Origin: Catajapyx aquilonaris
Lineage: Eukaryota
Direction of reading: 5' to 3'
NCBI GenBank assembly: GCA_000934665.2
Contig: JYFJ02000948.1
Coordinates: forward strand, 62,001-99,506
Length of the DNA: 37,506 nucleotides
Positions 11,482 through 22,255 of the stretch are shown here, piece after piece. A program made the translations under genes and the position numbers. Numbering within the stretch: the stretch's first letter is position 1; each line of letters starts with the position of its first letter. Below the pieces are notes generated by a model. That model worked only from the letters and a program-made list of their open reading frames with translations, did no database searches and was not told the origin of the DNA.

Positions 11482-12377
11482 CACAACTTATTGCTGATCA
11501 TCCACTGAGCACAGTAAAACGCAGTTGTGTTCCGGCATTTCGGATGACGAACAAAGCATCAGATGCCGGCTGGGGGTGGCTACAATTTAATATTGAAAAA
11601 GACAAGTAGCGGCGTGGTAATTTATCGCTTCTCTGATTAGTTGATAGGTATCGAAGACAACAACACGCGAGCTGCTGTTGAACGTGATCTCCCTCTCAAA
11701 GGCCTATGACATGGATCAATTCGGTTTAGTCATGCAACCCCGACCTTCTAGCATTGTCTTTCTGGCCCCAGTATGTCATATGCTGCTTGGTTTATAAAAA
11801 AGGGCTGGTCACTTATGAATTCTCAAGTACCCGTATGAACTTATGTGCGTAGCATGACGTGACGAAAGAAAAATCATTACGCTCCCTTTCAGTGGGCCAG
11901 AATCAGAGAGCGAATTGTTAAAGCAAAAAGGGATTGAGATTTTGGTGATGTAATTATGCGCGTATTATTAGTTAATTAATAAATAGCTGCATTACGGTTT
12001 TGGGCGCAGTGAAAAGTAGAGAGGTGTTAAATATCGAACATACCCTCTGTACCTGAATACGCCGACTCTTTTAGTAGCCATTTAAAAGTAAATAATCATT
12101 TCTCTCTTCTAGCTAGCTGGAAATGAATAATTGCTGAACCAGTAGCTTCGCCCAATCCATTTGCACTCAAGGATTCCGAATGAAGACTAACAAAAGTGGA
12201 ATTATTAATTGATATTGCACTTAGCGTAACATCACGGATTGAGACATCAATATACAAGATTTTTACTCTGTAATATTTTATGAATATGTCCATCAGTTTT
12301 AAGCACTCAACTTAAATTGGCTTCATCCTGCATTGTACCTATAGATATGAAGGGTATTGCGCAATTATTCAAACTTC

Positions 12378-14324
12378 TTATGGGAGAAAGTTATAGCTCG
12401 GCAGATTTCGATAAATATATTTTGCTCCTATGCCGAACAAGAGACTTTCTAAGACAAAAGAAGCCGCACTTAGAAATAATCCCATCGCCAGCAAGTAAAA
12501 AGGGCCACAGAGTTGATCCAGGTTAAATTTCGCAGGACCTGACCCTTCCACATGTGACGGGTTAAGCTGGGCTTCTTTTCGAACATTTCTCAGTCCTTCC
12601 AAAAATTGCCCTCGCTCCGACAATACTGACCATTGCATTAAGAGTCCTGACTCAATGATAGAGTCAATTACAAAATTCATGCGGGGCTTGTACACTGCGC
12701 GTTTTGGAAGAGCAACTGGAAAGAAGTAGCTGAGTGCAGAAGCCTTGGAATATTTCAAGAGGGGATGCCCATGCAGGTCCACGAATCTCTTGGCCACTTC
12801 AAAGAGCAAAATTTGAACCGAAGCACAGGCAGCCTTTTCCCTCAGGCACACTGACACGCAGTCTTTCAGGGACCAGAATGTCTTGGACATTGCAAGGGCC
12901 TTGTGAAAGGCAGTGTCATTCCTCACTGTCTTTTCCAGCATGTTTTTAAATACCATTTTATGGGGAGTTGCAAAATAGAGAGTGAAATCAGACTCAATAA
13001 GCTCTTCATAACTGTCCGGAACAAACTCCTTTACTGGCATGGTCATGAAAGCGAACAGGTTGCTTCTATAGCAGTTGCTAAGCACCATGGAAGAGTACAA
13101 AAAGAGCACCAGAAATGATCTGGTGCTTATGGAGTTAGTTTGTATGGAGAGATATTGCTCTATGAACACACCGGCGCTGTAGCTGAAATACTTCATAAAT
13201 GTATACGTTTTGGATTCAGCCACAGAAATACCCCACAATGCTACTGCCGAAACGATCACACTCGCAAAAATAAGCGTCCAGAGAAGCAGAGAGTAGGGCT
13301 GCACTATGACCTTCCAGGTGTGGACATTTCCAGGGAGGGCAGTGGCGAAGGTGACACTGTCCGAGTATGTTGGATGAGACGCTTCTATAACCTGCATCAT
13401 TTCAGCACTAGGAACCACGCCGAATGCTCCTTCCACATTTCCAGATAATATTTCTCCAATTTTACCAACCCAGGTGCCATTTGGCAAAGGTGAGTCGCTT
13501 GCACTTTCCACGGTCAGTTCAAATCCCGTTACTGTCCAAGGAGTTTCCAGTGCTTTGCCCAAAAAAACCATGGAATTTGCCACTATTGAAACAGACTCAG
13601 AATTAATTAATTTTGTCAGCGTTTCGTCCATATCTATTGCTTCCATATATGACATGCGGTAAACTTTTCCGTGCCACTTACGCGAGAAATCGGGGAAAAT
13701 GTGACTGGTGGAGAGCTTGTCTTTTGCCGAGTAAGATCCGATATGAGCTGGTTTGGGTTCACCTCGGTCACAGAAGAAACAGATCGCGTCCATTTTCAAT
13801 GTGTCGTTTTTACCAACAGTCACAATGGTCTTGTACAGGTAGTCAGCGACTGGCTTCTTAGTGAAAAGAGGCGCAATTTTCTTGAAATCGGTGACGTTTG
13901 TGACCCAAAACACAAAATAATCAAAATCAGTTCTAATATTCACCGTTGCTTCCACTTGTTCCATCAGTTCGCGCAGTGCATTTCTGGAGCATATAACCAA
14001 ATGAACACTTTTTTTCTTGAAGGGAAAATCTTTTGGAAAATGAATTTGAGGCACACGAACTGATTTTCCTATGAGCATCATGGTTATTTCGTAACGGGAA
14101 TGGCGCTCGTTGACCAATTCTTGGAACTGTTCAGGAAACGGAGCAAAGTGAGTGGATATTATAAATGGCGCCCACCCTTCAGGCTGAATCCGCAGTATGT
14201 CCATGATCAGTTCTTTCACTGCTTCGACATGGATGTCCAATGAGTGAGGAGACAATGTGATCTGACAGGTCACAAAAGATGCGACGGAAAATATTAGCAA
14301 ACTAACACATACACTGGTCCCCAT
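12378..14324 (-). CDS. Divergent ionotropic receptor IR-4
   Basis: ATG at 14324 (MGTSVCVSLLIFSVASFVTC, signal-peptide-like). NGTWVGKIGEILSG, GVFIEQ pore, NCYRSNLFAFM; ends SYNFLP. Confidence 0.9.
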   Translation of the reverse strand: MGTSVCVSLLIFSVASFVTCQITLSPHSLDIHVEAVKELIMDILRIQPEGWAPFIISTHFAPFPEQFQELVNERHSRYEITMMLIGKSVRVPQIHFPKDFPFKKKSVHLVICSRNALRELMEQVEATVNIRTDFDYFVFWVTNVTDFKKIAPLFTKKPVADYLYKTIVTVGKNDTLKMDAICFFCDRGEPKPAHIGSYSAKDKLSTSHIFPDFSRKWHGKVYRMSYMEAIDMDETLTKLINSESVSIVANSMVFLGKALETPWTVTGFELTVESASDSPLPNGTWVGKIGEILSGNVEGAFGVVPSAEMMQVIEASHPTYSDSVTFATALPGNVHTWKVIVQPYSLLLWTLIFASVIVSAVALWGISVAESKTYTFMKYFSYSAGVFIEQYLSIQTNSISTRSFLVLFLYSSMVLSNCYRSNLFAFMTMPVKEFVPDSYEELIESDFTLYFATPHKMVFKNMLEKTVRNDTAFHKALAMSKTFWSLKDCVSVCLREKAACASVQILLFEVAKRFVDLHGHPLLKYSKASALSYFFPVALPKRAVYKPRMNFVIDSIIESGLLMQWSVLSERGQFLEGLRNVRKEAQLNPSHVEGSGPAKFNLDQLCGPFYLLAMGLFLSAASFVLESLLFGIGAKYIYRNLPSYNFLP

Positions 14325-14435
14325 CTTTGCCACCTCTGCTGAACGGATCCGCACAGGATTGTGATTAGATACTTGACGTTCAATGCCAGAAGGGGTATGG
14401 CAACTAGGTGCTTCGGCAATATATTTCTTCCCAAG

Positions 14436-14442
14436 TTTTATA
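14436..14442 (-). promoter_or_regulatory. Candidate TATA box (TATAAAA) of IR-4
   Basis: TATAAAA on the minus strand ~112 nt upstream of the ATG, within an upstream block homologous among IR-4/5/6/7. Equivalent elements at 22249-22255, 26530-26536 and 31062-31068. Confidence 0.5.
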
Positions 14443-15597
14443 GTCCAGAAGATGAGTGTGGTCTGAATGTTTTGTTTACCATTATTGACTTCAGCTGCAT
14501 GCGAGCATGGCGTGACCTCGTCATCTATATATTAAACTTTTGCCGAAGTACAGTTTTCTCGAGTTACGCCGCGCCTTAAGGACAGAATAGGAACCGTTAT
14601 GTAACTTTATGGTACCAAGACGTTTTTACGCAACCAAGTAAACGTTACCATTTGATAGTATCTTTGGCTAGTTCTTCGGATACTTACGGTGCGATGGAGG
14701 ATGTAAGTTATTTCTAATATTAATGACGAAGCTTCGACCCCGCGGTCGAACCGAGTGAAACCAAGGAGTTTGCATGTAAGACCACTGGAATGCTAATGTG
14801 GAAAGGGCATACATTAGAGATTACACCGTACGTGGTGTAAAATGAGTTTCGGTTTGAGGTCGTGAAAGAAGCATATTTTCTCAAATTACAGACTTGCCCG
14901 TGGTGGTAGTAGCATCTTGATTTTGGAGGTCTTCAGCTTCTTTTAACATATGCAATAGGCCTACCGTATATTATGTAAATGGTTACAAAAACTGGCGCGA
15001 TTAATAATTGTAAGGTGTAAAAATACGGGCAACATGCTTTACTTAAATTAGAACGTGTCCTGCGGAGATGGGAAATGGAGAGAGATATTTTTCGTTACTT
15101 TATTACACACAACAATTTGATGATAATACAGTATAAGGAAAGGACAATCTCGAACATAATTATGCACGATGCCGTTTTTCTCCACCTACTTGTTTTAATG
15201 AAGATTTTATTTATGTTATAGAGGATATGTTTACAGAATTAACTAGCATACTAATCCCGCACGTCAGAAGCTCCTTAGCCACAGTGCTTTAATAGACAAA
15301 GCACACTACTTATAGACGCAATGGGGGGAAAGAACAGAATTTCTTACCAGGCAGCAAAGAAGACATGATCCATATGAGTGCACGCAGTCTGCTGCTGTCA
15401 ATATGAATAAATTATGAAAACATTCTTTGGGATATACCATCAGGGTCTGAGGGCTTTTATTACATGGTGCATGAGGCGAGAGATGCGAAGACGGGTACAG
15501 ACACACCTACATAAACCCACCTACACCATTGCATTATAAGCCAAGTCTTCGTCACTAATAAACATTATTTTCATTTCTAGTCTGATTTTGCTTTCTA

Positions 15598-17535
15598 TTA
15601 TGGAAGAAATTTGTAGCTCGGGAGCTTTTTATAAAAATATTTCGCTCCTACACCGGAGACGAAACATTCGAAGAGAAAGGAAGCTATGCTAAGTATTAGT
15701 CCCAATGCCAGCAGATAAAAAGGACCTGCGAGTTGTTCAACGTTAAATTTCTCAGCACCTTCCTCTTCCAAAATTGAAGGATTAAGACGGGCTTTTTCGC
15801 GAACTCGTCTTAGTCCTTCCCAAAATTGCCCTCGCTCTGACTGTGCTGACCATTGCGGTATTAATCCTGACACAGTCATGGAATCAATGATAAAATTCAT
15901 TCGGGACTTGTAAACTGCGCGTTTTGGAACAGCAACAGGAAAGAAATAGCTGAGTGCAGAAGCCTTGGAATATTTCAAGAGTGGTCGACCGTCCAGGTCC
16001 ACGTATCTCTTGGCCTCTTCATAGAGCAAAATTTGAACCGAAGCGCAGGCGGCCTTTTCCCTTAAGCACACTGACACGCAGTCTTGCAATGACCAAAACG
16101 TCTTGGATATTGCAAGGGCCTTGTGAAAGGCAGTGTCATTCCGCACAGTCTTTTCCAGCATGTTTCTAAACACCATTTTATGGGTAGTTGGAAAATAGAG
16201 TGTGAAATCTGAATCCACTAGTTCTTCATAACTGTCCGGAACAAATTCCTTTCCCGGCATGGTCATAAAAGCGAACAGGTTGCTTCGATAACAATTGCTG
16301 ATCACCATGGAAGAGTACAAAAACAGCACGAGAAAGGATCTGGTGCTCATGGAGGTAGTTTGCACGAAGAGGAATTGATCTACGAATGCACCAGCGCTGT
16401 AGCTGAAGTACTTCAAAAGTGAATACTTTTTGGGTTCAAAAACAGAAAGTGCCCACAATGCTACTGCCGAAACGATCACACTTGCAATTATAAGCATCCA
16501 GAGGAGGAGAGAGTAGGGCTGCACTATGACCTTCCAGGTGTGGACAATCTCAGGTAGAGCAGTAGCGAAGGTGACACTGTCCGAGTAAGCCGAATGAGTA
16601 GCTTCTACAACCTGTATCATCTCAGCACTTGGAACCACCGCGAATGCGGCATCCACATTTCCAGCTAACACTTCTCCAATTTTACCAACCCAAGTGCCAT
16701 TTGGCAAGGGCGAATCACTAGCACTTTCCACTGTCAGTTCGAAGGATGTTACGCTCCATGGAGTCTCCAGTGCTTTTCCCCAATAAACCATGGAACTTGC
16801 AAGTATTGAAAGCGATTCGTTGTTGCTTAATTTTGTCATTGTTTCGTCCATGTCTACTGCTTCCATGAATGCCAGGCGGAAAAGTTTCCCGTGCCACTTG
16901 CGTGAGAAATCTGGGAAAATGTGACTGGTGGAGAGCTTGTCTCCTGCCAAGTAAGATCCGATATGAGCAGGTTTGGGTTCACCTCGGTCACAGTAGAAGC
17001 AGATGGCATCCATTTGCAATGTGTCGTTCTTCCCAACAGTCACAATAATCTTGTACTGAAAGTCACTGACTGGCTTCTTAGTGAATAGTGATGCTGTTTT
17101 CTTGAAATCGGTGACGTCTGCGACCCAAAACACAAAATAATCAACATCAGTTCTGATATTTACCGTTGCTTCCACTTGTTCCATCAGTCGGTGCAGATCA
17201 TTTCTGGAGCACGTAATCAAATGGACACTTTTCTTCTTAAAAGGAAAACTTCTTGGAAAATGTTGAGGCACAGGAGCTGATCTGCCGATGAGCATGGTCA
17301 GTTCGTATCTGGAATGGCGCTCGTTGATAAATTGTTGAAACTGTTCAGGAAACCGAACAAAGTTGTCAGCTATTACAAGAGGCGCCCACCCTTCAGGCTG
17401 AATTCTTAGTATGTTCTGAATCAAGTCTGTCACTGCTTCGACATGAATGGCCATTGAAGGAGGAGACAATGTGACCTGACATGTCACGGAAGATGCGATC
17501 AAAAATGCCACCAAAATAACAGTTGTACTGGCCAT
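15598..17535 (-). CDS. Divergent ionotropic receptor IR-5
   Basis: 645-aa ATG-initiated ORF with a signal-peptide-like N-terminus; close paralogue of IR-4/6/7; ends SYKFLP. Confidence 0.9.
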   Translation of the reverse strand: MASTTVILVAFLIASSVTCQVTLSPPSMAIHVEAVTDLIQNILRIQPEGWAPLVIADNFVRFPEQFQQFINERHSRYELTMLIGRSAPVPQHFPRSFPFKKKSVHLITCSRNDLHRLMEQVEATVNIRTDVDYFVFWVADVTDFKKTASLFTKKPVSDFQYKIIVTVGKNDTLQMDAICFYCDRGEPKPAHIGSYLAGDKLSTSHIFPDFSRKWHGKLFRLAFMEAVDMDETMTKLSNNESLSILASSMVYWGKALETPWSVTSFELTVESASDSPLPNGTWVGKIGEVLAGNVDAAFAVVPSAEMIQVVEATHSAYSDSVTFATALPEIVHTWKVIVQPYSLLLWMLIIASVIVSAVALWALSVFEPKKYSLLKYFSYSAGAFVDQFLFVQTTSMSTRSFLVLFLYSSMVISNCYRSNLFAFMTMPGKEFVPDSYEELVDSDFTLYFPTTHKMVFRNMLEKTVRNDTAFHKALAISKTFWSLQDCVSVCLREKAACASVQILLYEEAKRYVDLDGRPLLKYSKASALSYFFPVAVPKRAVYKSRMNFIIDSMTVSGLIPQWSAQSERGQFWEGLRRVREKARLNPSILEEEGAEKFNVEQLAGPFYLLALGLILSIASFLFECFVSGVGAKYFYKKLPSYKFLP

Positions 17536-20500
17536 CGTCTCCTCTGTACACCAGCGAAGCGTCCTCTTCTTAGTGGAACCTCACAGGATAGTGATCAAAG
17601 GCTAATCGTCCAGGACTAGAAAGGGGAATGACAACATCACACTTTGTCAGGCCATCTCCCCCTCTCTGCCCCCAATTTTGTAAAGCAGAAGATGAGTGTA
17701 GTCTGGGTTTCAATGTTTTGTTTACCATTATTGACATAAGCTATACATGCGAGCATGGCGTGACTGCGTCACGTATAATAACCCTTTCTCTAAAGATACT
17801 CGACTTACGCCACAGAAACTATTATGATTTTTTTTGATGCGAAGACGTCTCACGCAAGCAGTAAACTTTCCACTGGATATGCATGATGACATTTTGTACC
17901 ACAAAACAGTACCTTCTGCTATAGTTTACAATCACTTGAATATCGAAATATAGCTTACCGTTTGTTGTGTGAACTAGATTCTAGGACTATGATCAGAATG
18001 TCAGCAGCCGCCCGGAAGAAATGATATGAAGCGAGGCAGTAATTTGTCGTCGTCTTATTCTTGCGCCACATCGCGCAGATCTGTTTACGATGGTGAATTG
18101 ATCGGCAGCATTTCTCTCACGTGTTGGAGCATTTAATCCGATCCAGTCTGGCTATCCATCAGAAGACGCACCACCAACATGTAGTGATAAACAGCACCCC
18201 CCACCAAGATATCTAGCCATTTAGCAGGATTCCGTCCTGGTGCGTCTCCTGACTAACTCTATTTAATCACGAAGCTTTGAAGCCAATTCAGCGAAAGAGT
18301 TTACACGTGATATCACTGAGCTGCTAATCCGAAAAGGGTCTTTTAATTTAGTACAACTCAATATTGGCAATATTCGAGGGCCTCTGAATCAAGGCTGTTA
18401 TGTTACTCTGCTGTCAAATCACTTTGAATTGAAAACGTGTAATCGTGATGCATATCTCTTTGCATCAATGATGGCCAAGAAATATGGGGCAAGAACATTG
18501 TGACAGGTAAATTCATTGCTATCGTCCATGGAGAGGGAATAAGGGTGACATCGTATTGTTGTCATTTTAGAACATGTCCCGACTTTGATGGAAATGAGAA
18601 GATTATATATATTTTTGTTACTTTATTACACAGTAATTATTTTGATGAAAAGGAATTAGCTTACTCGAACATACGTGTATAGACCTATACATTAATAAAA
18701 ATGTATCCCGCCACTTGCGTGTTTAAACAAACATCAAAAGTTCCATAGTCACAGCTCCATAGTCAAAGCACACTCCTTAGAGACGCAAAGGGGGAAAGGA
18801 ACAAATCATAATATCGTATCAGGCATCACCAAAAAAGACATGATCATATGGCTCTTAAAACCTTGGGAGAAAAATGGCTTCAATTTTCACACTGACAATT
18901 CTGCAAATGGATAACGGCACCTCACTTCATGCAAAGTATGTAAATACTGGGCGTTTAGGGAGAGTCGATGGGAGAAAACATTCGAGGGCTGAAGCCTATT
19001 GTGTTTTACAAGAGTGTTTTCTAGATCTAAATACGTCATTACTGTGGCTAATATGTTACTTTATACTGCTTTTTACATTTTTTCGTGGAGCTCTGTACAT
19101 TATAATAGTTATCTCTGCCTAAAACCAATCATCTTCATATCGTGGCTCAGGACACATTTTCACTTTCACGGTGCAAGGACTACTGCTTACATAAATTTTA
19201 CTAGTTTAGCTGCTTTTCAGTATCCATCAAGTCTTTGATTATTATTTGTAGCTGTTCAAAATAACTAATTGTCTATTCCTATAGACTCTAGATTCTAGAC
19301 AAAAAAGCAATGGCTGGCCTATGTTACTTTCGGCCCCGTGTACAAGTCATTCATCAAATCATTGATGTATTGAAATAATTGCAGGAAGTGGTATAGACAC
19401 CAATCTGAACCGTTGCATGGACACTGAATTATTGTAAATGGTGATTTGAGTGCTTCTAGTTGTAGTCAAGGCTTCGTCATTAACAAATGGTTTATTTCAA
19501 GTCTGACTTTGCTTCATATTACGGAAGAAATTTATAGCTCGGGAGCTTTCCATAAAAATATTTTGTGCCTGCACTGGACACGAAACATTCGAAGAGAAAG
19601 GAAGCTGTGCTAATTATTAATCCAAATGCCAGCAGATAGAAAGGTCCAGTGAGCTGCTCAACATTAAATTTCTCAGCACCTTCCTCTTCCAAAAGTGAAG
19701 GGTTAAGACGGGCTTCTTCGCGAACTCGTCTTAGTCCTTCCCAAAATTGCCCTCGCTCTGATTGTGCTGCCCATTGCGATATGAACCCTGCCTCAGTGAT
19801 CGAATCAACGACAAAATTCGCATGGGACTTGTACACTGCTCGTTTTGGAAGAGCAATTGGAAAGAAGTAGCTGAGTGCAGAAGCCTTGGAATATTTCAAG
19901 AGTGGATGTCCATTCAAGTCCACGTATCTATTGGCCTCTTCATAGAGCAAAATTTGAACCGAAGCACAGGCGGCCTTTTCCCTAAGACATACTGACACGC
20001 AGTCTTGGAATGACCAGAATGTCTTGGACATTGCAAGGGCCTTGTGAAAGGCAGTGTCATTCCTCACTGTCTTTTCCAGCATGTTTTCAAACATCATTTT
20101 ATGGGGAATTGCAAAATAGAGTGTGAAATCTGATTCAATCAACTCTTCATAACTGTCCGGAACGAACTCTTTTCCTGGCATGGTCATAAACGCGAACAGG
20201 TTGCTTCGATAGCAGTTACTGATCACCATGGAAGAGTACAAGAAGAACATTAGAAAGGATCTGGTGCTGATCGAGTTAGCTGGTATGGAGATGAATTGAT
20301 CTATGAACGCACCAGTGCTGTAACTGCAGTACTTCAGAAGTGAATGCTTTTTGGGTTCAAAGCCAGAAACAGCCCACAATGTTATAGACGAAACGATCAC
20401 ACTTGCAAAAATAAGCATCCAGAGGAGGAGAGAATAGGGCTGCACTATGACCTTCCAGGTGTGGACATTTCCAGGCAGGGCAGTGACGAAGGTGACACTA

Positions 20501-21781
20501 TCCGCATATGTCGAATGAGTTGAATCCACAACCTGCATCATCTCAGCACTTGGAACCACTGCGAATGCTGCATCCACATTTCCAGCTAACACTTCTCCAA
20601 TTTTACCAACCCACGTGCCATTTGCCAAGGGTGTGTCGCTCGCACTTTCCACTGTCAGTTCGAAGGATGTTACGATCCAAGGAGTCTCCAGTGCTTCTCC
20701 CCAATAAACCATGCAATTTGCCATTATTGAAAGCGATTCGTTGTTACTTAATTTTGTCATTGTTTCGTCCATGTCTATTGCTTCCATGAATGCCAGGCGG
20801 AAAAGTTTCCCGTGAAACCTACGTGAGAAATCTGGGAAAATGTGACTGGTGGAGAGCTTGTCTCCTGCCGAGTAAGATCCGATATGAGTAGGTTTGGGTT
20901 CACCTCGGTCACAGTAGAAGCAGATGGCATCCATTTGCACAGTGTTGTTTTTCCCAATTGTTGCAATGATCTTGTACTTGTAGTCGGCGACAGGCTTCTT
21001 TGTGAAAAGATGCACAATTTCCTTGAAATCAGTGACGTCTGTGACCCAAAACACAAAGTAATCAACATCAGTTCTGATATTCACCGTTGCTTCCACTTGT
21101 TCCATTAGTTCGCGCAGTGTATTGCTGGCGCTAATAACCAAATAGACACTTTTCTTCTTGAAGGGAAAATCTTTCGGAAAATTAATTTGAGGCACAGGAG
21201 CTGATCTGCCGATGAGCATGGTCAGTTCGTATCTGGAATGGCGCTCGTTGATAAATTGTTGAAACTGTTCAGGAAACCGAACAAAGTTGTCAGCTACTAC
21301 AAGAGGCGCCCTTCCTTCAGGCTGAATCCGCAGTATGTCCAGGATCAAGTCTTTCACTGCTTCTACATGAATATCCATTGAGGGAGGAAACAATGTGATC
21401 TGACATGTCACTGAAGATGCGATCAAAAGTGTCACCAAAATAACACCAGCATTGGCCATCATGTCTGCCTTGCACCAACGCAGAGTCCTATTGTTTAGCG
21501 CAAATGTGATCAAAGGCTAATCGTCCAGTACTAAAGAAAGTGGTATGACAACATCATACTTTGTCGGGGCATCTGCCCCCCAATTTTTTAAAGCAGAAGA
21601 TGGGTGTAGTCAGTGTTTCAATATTTAGTTTACTATTATTGACATCGGCTATACATGCGAACATGGCGTGCCTGCGTCACGTATAATAAATCTTTCTCTA
21701 AGAATACTCGACTTATGTCATAAGGGAAGAAAAGGAACTATTATGCAATTTTTTATGCTAAGACGTCTCACGCAACCAGTA
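17395..21781. repeat. Segmental duplication A, copy 1 (IR-5 5' end, spacer, IR-6 and its upstream region)
   Basis: Collinear and highly similar to 21965-26730 across coding and non-coding sequence, apart from a few indels. Confidence 0.9.
19519..21462 (-). CDS. Divergent ionotropic receptor IR-6
   Basis: ATG at 21462 or 21459 (MMANAGVILVTLLIASSVTC); track start 21513 is GTG. Full IR domain set; ends SYKFLP. Confidence 0.9.
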   Translation of the reverse strand: MMANAGVILVTLLIASSVTCQITLFPPSMDIHVEAVKDLILDILRIQPEGRAPLVVADNFVRFPEQFQQFINERHSRYELTMLIGRSAPVPQINFPKDFPFKKKSVYLVISASNTLRELMEQVEATVNIRTDVDYFVFWVTDVTDFKEIVHLFTKKPVADYKYKIIATIGKNNTVQMDAICFYCDRGEPKPTHIGSYSAGDKLSTSHIFPDFSRRFHGKLFRLAFMEAIDMDETMTKLSNNESLSIMANCMVYWGEALETPWIVTSFELTVESASDTPLANGTWVGKIGEVLAGNVDAAFAVVPSAEMMQVVDSTHSTYADSVTFVTALPGNVHTWKVIVQPYSLLLWMLIFASVIVSSITLWAVSGFEPKKHSLLKYCSYSTGAFIDQFISIPANSISTRSFLMFFLYSSMVISNCYRSNLFAFMTMPGKEFVPDSYEELIESDFTLYFAIPHKMMFENMLEKTVRNDTAFHKALAMSKTFWSFQDCVSVCLREKAACASVQILLYEEANRYVDLNGHPLLKYSKASALSYFFPIALPKRAVYKSHANFVVDSITEAGFISQWAAQSERGQFWEGLRRVREEARLNPSLLEEEGAEKFNVEQLTGPFYLLAFGLIISTASFLFECFVSSAGTKYFYGKLPSYKFLP

Positions 21782-21919
21782 GTCTATATTATCCATTAGA
21801 TTTGCATGACAACATTTCTGTACCACAAGACAGTATCTTCTGGTAGTTTCCAATCATTTGAATTTCGACTGTAACTTACCATTTATTTATGTGAACTACA
21901 GAGTGATTCTTCTACTATA

Positions 21920-22108
21920 CTAGAACCGAACCCTAAAATTTCCATATATTATTATCTCGTAAATAGGCTGAATTCGTAGTATGTTCTGAATCGAGTGTTT
22001 CACTGCTTCGACATGAATGGCCATTGAAGGAGGAGACAATGTGACCTGACATGTCACGGAAGATGCGATCAAAAATGCCACCAAAATAACAGTTGTACTG
22101 GCCATCAT
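21920..22108 (-). pseudogene. Truncated IR-5-like copy (signal peptide plus ~28 residues, then unrelated sequence); 62-aa ORF
   Basis: 21965-22108 is nearly identical to the IR-5 5' end (17395-17535): MMASTTVILVAFLIASSVTCQVTLSPPSMAIHVEAV...ILRIQP. Homology stops at 21965 and a stop follows at 21920-21922. Confidence 0.88.
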
Positions 22109-22248
22109 CTCTTCCGTACACCAGCGAAGCGTCCTCTTCTTATAGTGGAACCTCACAGGATAGTGATCAAAGGCTAATCGTCCAGGACTAGAAAGGGGAA
22201 TGACAACATCACACTTTATCAGGCCATCTCTCCCCTTTCAGCCCCCAA

Positions 22249-22255
22249 TTTTATA
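22249..22255 (-). promoter_or_regulatory. Candidate TATA box upstream of the truncated IR-5-like copy
   Basis: TATAAAA ~141 nt upstream of the ATG at 22108, at the same position as in the IR-4 and IR-7 upstream blocks. Confidence 0.45.

Noticed and set aside
14325..14354. GTG/TTG-initiated N-terminal extensions in the ORF track for IR-3, IR-4, IR-6, IR-8, IR-9 and the truncated copy
   Set aside because: Eukaryotic context; the downstream ATG directly precedes a signal-peptide-like segment and aligns with paralogue starts.
14733..14750. 7-bp stem hairpin ttcgacc-ccgc-ggtcgaa
   Set aside because: Short enough to be chance and not conserved in the homologous spacers.
18874..19122. Similar ORFs at 18874-19122 and 23722-24006 (also 17628, 22336, 26482)
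   Set aside because: Similarity is explained by the segmental duplication of spacer DNA; no domain or independent sign of coding.
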